Source of the DNA: Bdellovibrionota bacterium
GTDB lineage: Bacteria > Bdellovibrionota_C > UBA2361 > OMIW01
Length of the DNA stretch: 31,940 bases
NCBI GenBank assembly: GCA_044345055.1
Contig: JBIJBT010000029.1
Location: forward strand, 1 to 31,940
Direction: 5' to 3'
The notes under the pieces were generated by a model, which saw only the letters and a list, made by a program, of their open reading frames with translations, did no database searches and was not told the origin of the DNA. The number at the start of each line of letters is the position of its first letter. The stretch's first letter is position 1. The position numbers were made by a program, and so were the translations under genes. Below are positions 26,413 through 31,940 of this stretch, piece after piece.

Positions 26413-28881
26413 ATGGAAATAACAACTCCCACATCTGGACCTAAAATCCTTCCGACCCCCGCCGAGATGATCGCCTATCTCAACCGATTTGTGCAGGGAC
26501 AGGAGCAGGCAAAGCAGCTGCTCAGTCGAGCCGTTTACTTTCATTATCTTAATCTTGCGAACCCGACAGCCTCTACTATTCTTGCAGAGCGAGAGCACTG
26601 TTTGCTTATTGGGCCAACTGGCTCGGGCAAGACCCTTCTCGTAAAGAAATTAGCTGAGATGCTTGCGGTACCGATGCTATACGTGAACGCTGCAGGATTA
26701 ACCTCTGAGGGCTACGTCGGAGAAAATATCAGCGACGTCCTGATTAGATTTTTTAAGCTGTGCGGGACAAAGGAGCGAATGGCTAGAGGGATCCTCTTTA
26801 TCGATGAAATCGACAAGATTCGTTTAAATCAAAGTCATCAGGAGGATATTCGAGGGGCGATGGTACAGCAGCAGTTATTAGCACCACTCGATGGAAATAT
26901 CGTCACCCACACCCAAAAATACTCGCTTAATGAATATACTGTCGATACCTCGAAGATTTTATTCATCGCAGCAGGAGCGTTTGCGGGAATCGAGAAGTTT
27001 ATCGGAACGCGCGGGGGAAATCTCGGCTTTCATAGGAACGGGGATGCTCGTGAGGAGTCGTCATATGATACTCAATCAATACTCCCCGAGGACATAATCT
27101 CTTTTGGCTTTATGCCGGAATTCGTCGCTCGATTTCCGAACATCGCGGCGCTGAAAAAGTTATCAAGAGAAGATTTAGTTGCTATTCTTGGTAGTACTGT
27201 TCTCTCCCCCATTACCTACTATTCAAACATATTCCAACTCCACGAAATTGAACTTACCTTCACTCAGAGCGCTCTTGTCGCCGTTGCTGATAGAGCCATT
27301 TCGCAAAAGCAGGGGGCTCGGGGCTTGAGACAGATCATATCATCTGTAATTGGCCCAACGGCGTGTCGAATCGCGGAACTTGCTGAGCAGGGAGTTAAAA
27401 AAGTAGTTATCGAAGAAGGTGTCGTATACGGTCAAGAAGAGGCGGAGATTCATCTTGGAGAGAGAAGAGTTGCGGGATGTATTGATGATTTGCGACGGAC
27501 AGTTTTTCTTTGGAACAACGAAGACGAGCGGAGCAGAAATCAAGGTATAAGCACTCTCTCAGGGAATTCGAATGGATCAGCCGTCGTAGACGAGGGTGAG
27601 ACTATTACCGTTTCTTTTACGACAGGATGGAGTGATCAGCAGTTACTTGCTCGGTATGGTTACGTCAGAACCAAAATACGATACGAACAGGCTAAAAAAA
27701 ACGCTCGTTCATGGTGGGATTTATTCGAGGCAGAAAATTGGGGGAAAAAGCAAATCTTAGTCCGACTTATAGAAGACCTAGCGTCACGAAATGCGACCAT
27801 AGATGATCTCTTTCAGGCATACCTTTACAGCAGCACCGACGATATTGAGTCGAATTTACACTTCCTCGATTACACCAGAGCTAGAACCCGTTTTATCTCC
27901 GATAAATCGTGGAGACTAGAATCGAAATTCTGCGGCAGATCCGGCGCAACGCCTGAAAACGCCCGCTCCTTAACCTTTTTCGAGCAAGGAAGCAAACCTG
28001 CACAATTTCTCTGGCGCTGCTTAGAAGCTGAAGCGTCTTATAACGGTGAAATGTTAACCGGCGCAGCGATTGCGCTTAGCTCAGCAGGTGTAAGCTCGGT
28101 CGATGATTTTCTTGATGCATCGATATGGTGCGGGGTGTATGACCCTGAGGCCGTTATCGCAAACATCAACTTTTTTAACTCGTTCTTTGCCAAAACAGGA
28201 AGAGTACCCTCTGGCGTGTTACCTCTTCGGCGCTCGATAATGGATTTAAACTTAAAGGAACCTCTAAGCCCGAGTGATCAAAAAAATAACTTTTTACGTT
28301 CGATTGCTGCGGCACTTTTTTGGGAAAGGGTCCGTCATCGGTCTTCATCAATATCGCTAGCGGCGATCGACTTTGATATCGGTCAATTTGAGGCAGCCTT
28401 CGTGGGTAGTCGCATAAAATCTCGCGCACTACAAGGTATTCGGTCTAGCGGATCCTGGCGAGCGGAACTGCAGGGGTGGTGCGATGCGATCAGCTCTTAC
28501 CCCGGTGCTGTGCATGAAGAAATGGCCATTCCTTGGATCGAAGGAATAATCGCAGAGCTATCTCCCATACTACAACGAGATACATCATGGATGACTCTCG
28601 AGGATATAAATGAAATCGTTCAAAAACTAATTTCCGCGATTTATCATTTCGGCGGCACAAAGGTGGTAGCGGCACCACTGGTTCTCTACACTGGAGAGCG
28701 TCTTGATTCAGAGTGGAAACATCTTATTGCTCAGCTTCCTGTTTCAACTTTAGTTGAGTCAGAATTGGCAGAAATATTGCGCACCACCTGGCAAAACTTT
28801 CAAGAGGGAATAAGAACGCTTCCGCTCTTTGAGCTTGAGGAAAAGAGCTTGGAGTGGAAAAGCGGAGAAGAATTGCAGTGA
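26413..28881 (+). CDS. Atypical ClpX-like AAA+ ATPase lacking the zinc-binding domain, fused to ~470 aa of unknown C-terminal sequence
   Basis: PTPAEMIAYLNRFVQGQEQAK, GPTGSGKT, GYVGE pore loop, ILFIDEIDK, ILFIAAGAF, NLGF, FGFMPEFVARFP, GARGLR. Confidence 0.88.
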   Translation: MEITTPTSGPKILPTPAEMIAYLNRFVQGQEQAKQLLSRAVYFHYLNLANPTASTILAEREHCLLIGPTGSGKTLLVKKLAEMLAVPMLYVNAAGLTSEGYVGENISDVLIRFFKLCGTKERMARGILFIDEIDKIRLNQSHQEDIRGAMVQQQLLAPLDGNIVTHTQKYSLNEYTVDTSKILFIAAGAFAGIEKFIGTRGGNLGFHRNGDAREESSYDTQSILPEDIISFGFMPEFVARFPNIAALKKLSREDLVAILGSTVLSPITYYSNIFQLHEIELTFTQSALVAVADRAISQKQGARGLRQIISSVIGPTACRIAELAEQGVKKVVIEEGVVYGQEEAEIHLGERRVAGCIDDLRRTVFLWNNEDERSRNQGISTLSGNSNGSAVVDEGETITVSFTTGWSDQQLLARYGYVRTKIRYEQAKKNARSWWDLFEAENWGKKQILVRLIEDLASRNATIDDLFQAYLYSSTDDIESNLHFLDYTRARTRFISDKSWRLESKFCGRSGATPENARSLTFFEQGSKPAQFLWRCLEAEASYNGEMLTGAAIALSSAGVSSVDDFLDASIWCGVYDPEAVIANINFFNSFFAKTGRVPSGVLPLRRSIMDLNLKEPLSPSDQKNNFLRSIAAALFWERVRHRSSSISLAAIDFDIGQFEAAFVGSRIKSRALQGIRSSGSWRAELQGWCDAISSYPGAVHEEMAIPWIEGIIAELSPILQRDTSWMTLEDINEIVQKLISAIYHFGGTKVVAAPLVLYTGERLDSEWKHLIAQLPVSTLVESELAEILRTTWQNFQEGIRTLPLFELEEKSLEWKSGEELQ

Positions 28882-28927
28882 TTTATGTTTCAAACAATGC
28901 TCGATTATCGATCTTTTGATAGCTTGG

Positions 28928-29033
28928 CCGATTATCCCGAGCTTGCAAAAAAGTCGTCTTTGGCAGACACTTGTCGTGCTAGAAAAAAGCTAGAATAGCA
29001 AAGGCTGATGACACTAGAATCTCCGAAAACACC
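28928..29033 (+). repeat. 106-bp leader repeat upstream of Rpn-like copy 2
   Basis: Matches 31578-31683 with 7 substitutions (manual count) and no indels. Confidence 0.92.
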
Positions 29034-29957
29034 ATGAAGATCGCAAATCCCATTTACGACGCCGTGTTCAAGTATCTCCTTGAAGATAAGAGAGTCGCAA
29101 AACTTTTGCTTTCAACGATACTTGATGAAGAGATTTTAGACATCAACATTCAACCGACCGAGCACTCTATCGAGCTTGAAAGACCACCGGTGACTGTTTA
29201 CAGGATCGATTTTTCGGCAAAGATTCGTTCAGGTTCGGGAGAACAGCTCGTTCTTATCGAGCTACAAAAGGCAAAGTTTGCTCAAGATCTTTTCAGATTT
29301 CGAAGATACCTCGGAAACCATTACGCAAATAGAGAAAACCAAACAACAGATCTAAAAACTGGAAGAACCGTTCCAATTCCGATAATCACCATCTACTTCC
29401 TCGGTGAGGCTATCTCTGACCTTACTGCTCCCGTAATTAAGGTAAACCGAGAATGCATAGATATCGCCACTGGTGAAAGATTTACCAAAAAGGTCCAGTT
29501 CATCGAGTGTCTTACCCACAATAGCTTTATCATTCAAATACCTCACCTAAAAGAAAAACGAAGAACAGAGCTTGAAAAGCTTCTTCTTTTCTTTGACCAA
29601 TCAAACGCTATCGAAGATAAACATGCCCTCTCCATTCATGAAGACCAGATCCCCCAACAACATCAACCTCTTTTAGATCGACTTCGAAGAGCGATAGAAG
29701 ATCAAAACATTCGCGGCGCTATGGATGTTGAGGACGATATTGTTCTTGAGCTTGAGGATAAAGATAGAGAAATTCAGAAGCATAAAGAGAGAGCAGAGCA
29801 AGCTCGACAAGGAGAAGAGCAGGAGAAAAAACGAGCTGATCAGGAGAAAACTCGGGCGGAACAAGAGAAAGCTCGAGCTGATGAAAATGAACAGAAATTA
29901 GCTGAGGCACTTAAACGTCTTCAAGAGCTAGAGAAGATGTCTCCTGAAAAATCGTGA
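29034..29957 (+). CDS. Rpn-like PD-(D/E)XK nuclease family protein, copy 2 (307 aa)
   Basis: Nearly identical to copy 1, with 21 extra aa in the C-terminal coiled coil. Confidence 0.8.
   Translation: MKIANPIYDAVFKYLLEDKRVAKLLLSTILDEEILDINIQPTEHSIELERPPVTVYRIDFSAKIRSGSGEQLVLIELQKAKFAQDLFRFRRYLGNHYANRENQTTDLKTGRTVPIPIITIYFLGEAISDLTAPVIKVNRECIDIATGERFTKKVQFIECLTHNSFIIQIPHLKEKRRTELEKLLLFFDQSNAIEDKHALSIHEDQIPQQHQPLLDRLRRAIEDQNIRGAMDVEDDIVLELEDKDREIQKHKERAEQARQGEEQEKKRADQEKTRAEQEKARADENEQKLAEALKRLQELEKMSPEKS
29820..29882 (+). repeat. Three degenerate 21-nt (heptad-coding) tandem repeats
   Basis: CAGGAGAAAAAACGAGCTGAT / CAGGAGAAAACTCGGGCGGAA / CAAGAGAAAGCTCGAGCTGAT, encoding QEKKRAD QEKTRAE QEKARAD. 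Confidence 0.85.
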
Positions 29958-30182
29958 GACTTTTATCATGGCCACCAGCCCGTAATTTATAAGGCCCATC
30001 TGCTGAGTCAAGCTCTAACCATTGCAAAAATGTCACCCATACAAACCGTTTAGCTTCCCCTCTCCGACCGAAATTTTCTCATGACTAGATGGTTTGTAGC
30101 TGGTGAACGTAGTATTTATCCCTAGATCCACGATCCTCTGAGTTTTAGATCCGGCAAAATGGACAAGTTACTGTGCAATATC

Positions 30183-31355
30183 TTACTTAAAGAATAACAC
30201 TATCAGCAATGAAATAATTCCAATTGTCACGACCCAAAGAAATAACACCAAGTTTTTTGTCAGAGTAATGACGATCCGCTGTAAAGAATGACATTTCTCG
30301 TTTAAATTAGAGATGGTATCACAGAGATGTTTTAACTGTTCCTGATTTTTATCAAAATGATTTTTCAGATAGGTTATCCCCTGCTGCCGTTTTTTTTGGA
30401 AGGGGGTATTTTCTACGATAGTTAGACCGGTAATATCGCCTTGGCCGCTGAAATATTTGTTCTGTGTATCGAATGCATCTTCTTGTAGCAAGATATCATC
30501 AGCAAAATCGCTATATTCATAGTTTTTATCTATGATGTCCCATCGAAAACCGGGAACTAACTGTTCTGGTAGCTCTTGCTGTGGCTTCTTAGCACGTATC
30601 GGTTTCTGGCAATAATTCGTGTGGAGTTTCTCTGCAAGTTCGGGATTAAAGGAGTGTATTGATTCTGGTACAGGCCAAGCATGACAGGATTCTCGGCCAA
30701 AAAAATGGACCGCTATCTCGAAATTCGACGGCTTTTTTTCTGCTATTTCAAAGATCGTACTGTGAGGTACGAAACACCTCAAGAACCAACGTCCTCGAGG
30801 ACTCTCTGAGAGTTGCTTTTTTGGATCGCCTTCCGACTGGCCGTTCTGCACAAAATACAATAAGGCACTATGTGGACGAACATCCTTGTCATAGGCCGTA
30901 TAGAAGAAGTGTCTTAGATCTCGGTTGGGGTCTCCGATTTGTTGACAGCTGGCAAGGGTCTCTTTGATTCGCGCTCTAATAAATGTCTTATATTCATCCC
31001 ACCTCTGAGTGCGTATTGTTTGCTCGCGCTCTGTAATACCAACTAACTTTACAGCAATCGAGGGACACCTGGCGTTATGCCCTAGGCTTTTTATATTATT
31101 CAGTTCCTCGCTAAAACCTTCCCCTTCTACGACATAGTAAGGGGGTGATATATTGTTATCACAATCTTCACAATCCGTGGGCATGTCGATCGAAATTCGC
31201 TTCACCTTGACGTCTAGCCGAAGATCGCTATGAGATTGGCGATAATAGTTAAAATCACCCCGACGATGACCCCGATAAGCCGACTCTCGCAATTCTTGAT
31301 CTGCGCCTCCATCAGACCCGCTTTTCTCTGTCGTGAATTTAGAAGATCTATTCAT
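30183..31355 (-). CDS. Hypothetical protein with C-terminal coiled coil and TM anchor (390 aa)
   Basis: Long ATG ORF; CEDC motif; ends in LVLFLWVVTIGIISLLIVLFFK. Confidence 0.75.
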   Translation of the reverse strand: MNRSSKFTTEKSGSDGGADQELRESAYRGHRRGDFNYYRQSHSDLRLDVKVKRISIDMPTDCEDCDNNISPPYYVVEGEGFSEELNNIKSLGHNARCPSIAVKLVGITEREQTIRTQRWDEYKTFIRARIKETLASCQQIGDPNRDLRHFFYTAYDKDVRPHSALLYFVQNGQSEGDPKKQLSESPRGRWFLRCFVPHSTIFEIAEKKPSNFEIAVHFFGRESCHAWPVPESIHSFNPELAEKLHTNYCQKPIRAKKPQQELPEQLVPGFRWDIIDKNYEYSDFADDILLQEDAFDTQNKYFSGQGDITGLTIVENTPFQKKRQQGITYLKNHFDKNQEQLKHLCDTISNLNEKCHSLQRIVITLTKNLVLFLWVVTIGIISLLIVLFFK

Positions 31356-31577
31356 AAGTATCTCTCTACGGAATAAAAGCCGCCTAAGAAGTCCGTAATA
31401 TCCCGCCTGGGGGATCAGAATTTAATCCTATCAACCAAAGAGCGTAACCGTTGTAGTGAACCGTTTGTAACAATAGCTGCCGCGTACGCTGAAAGTGAGG
31501 GTAAAATACTTGAGCTAAGAGGTCCAGAGGGAGTTCACTTGGCCTTACTCGGGTTCATACGGGAAGGCTGCTCTGAA

Positions 31578-31683
31578 CCGATTAGCCCGAGCTTGCAAAA
31601 ACATAGTCTTTGTCAGACACTTGTGGTGCTAGAAAAAAGCTAGAACAGCAAAGGCTGATGACACTAGAATCTCCGAAAACACC
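31578..31683 (+). repeat. 106-bp leader repeat upstream of Rpn-like copy 3
   Basis: Near-identical to 28928-29033. Confidence 0.92.
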
Positions 31684-31940
31684 ATGAAGATAGCAAATCC
31701 AATTTACGACGCCGTATTCAAGTATCTCCTTGAGGACAAGAGGGTGGCAAAGTTGTTGCTTTCAACGATTCTTGATGAAGAAATTTTAGATGTTAATATT
31801 CAACCTACCGAGCACTCAATTGAGCTTGAAAGACCACCGGTGACTGTTTACAGGATCGATTTTTCGGCAAAGATTCGTTCAGGTTCGGGAGAACAGCTCG
31901 TTCTTATCGAGCTACAAAAGGCAAAGTTTGCTCAAGATCT
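31684..31940 (+). CDS. Rpn-like PD-(D/E)XK nuclease family protein, copy 3 (3'-truncated by window edge; absent from the ORF track)
   Basis: Manual translation MKIANPIYDAVFKYLLEDKRVAKLLLSTILDEEILDVNIQ...LIELQKAKFAQD; one I-to-V change versus copies 1 and 2. Confidence 0.9.
   Translation, partial: MKIANPIYDAVFKYLLEDKRVAKLLLSTILDEEILDVNIQPTEHSIELERPPVTVYRIDFSAKIRSGSGEQLVLIELQKAKFAQD

Noticed and set aside
25213..29957. Calling the repeated genes an IS element
   Set aside because: No DDE, HUH or serine-recombinase motifs, no terminal inverted repeats or target duplications seen, and heavy synonymous divergence unlike recent IS copies.
28928..31683. CRISPR or integron attC interpretation of the repeats
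   Set aside because: The repeats include whole genes, are spaced by kilobases, lack attC R/L box palindromy, and no cas or intI gene is present.

Overview
Bacterial chromosomal window. The host is probably Gram-negative (AMIN-domain protein, periplasmic Do protease, IHF); finer taxonomy cannot be read from the sequence. Housekeeping genes: hemF 3' end, ihfB, clpB, degP-like, map, EVE protein, PPTase, DUF374 acyltransferase, comM. Three accessory blocks lie among them. (1) 2.7-10.2 kb, minus strand: an orphan VirD4/TraD/DotL-type coupling ATPase coupled to an unknown 701-aa membrane protein, followed by orphan ORFs; no relaxase or mating-pair genes are in the window. (2) 13.6-16.2 kb: a gene-poor stretch, an orphan ORF and a decayed HEPN-MNT toxin-antitoxin pair. 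(3) From 25.1 kb to the window end, directly after comM: at least three near-identical Rpn-like PD-(D/E)XK genes with a shared leader, separated by unrelated single cargo genes (an 822-aa ClpX-like fusion and a tail-anchored unknown). Block 3 is the best candidate for an undescribed system, block 1 the second. No rRNA, tRNA, CRISPR array or integrase was recognised. All family calls come from reading motifs by eye, not from database searches.
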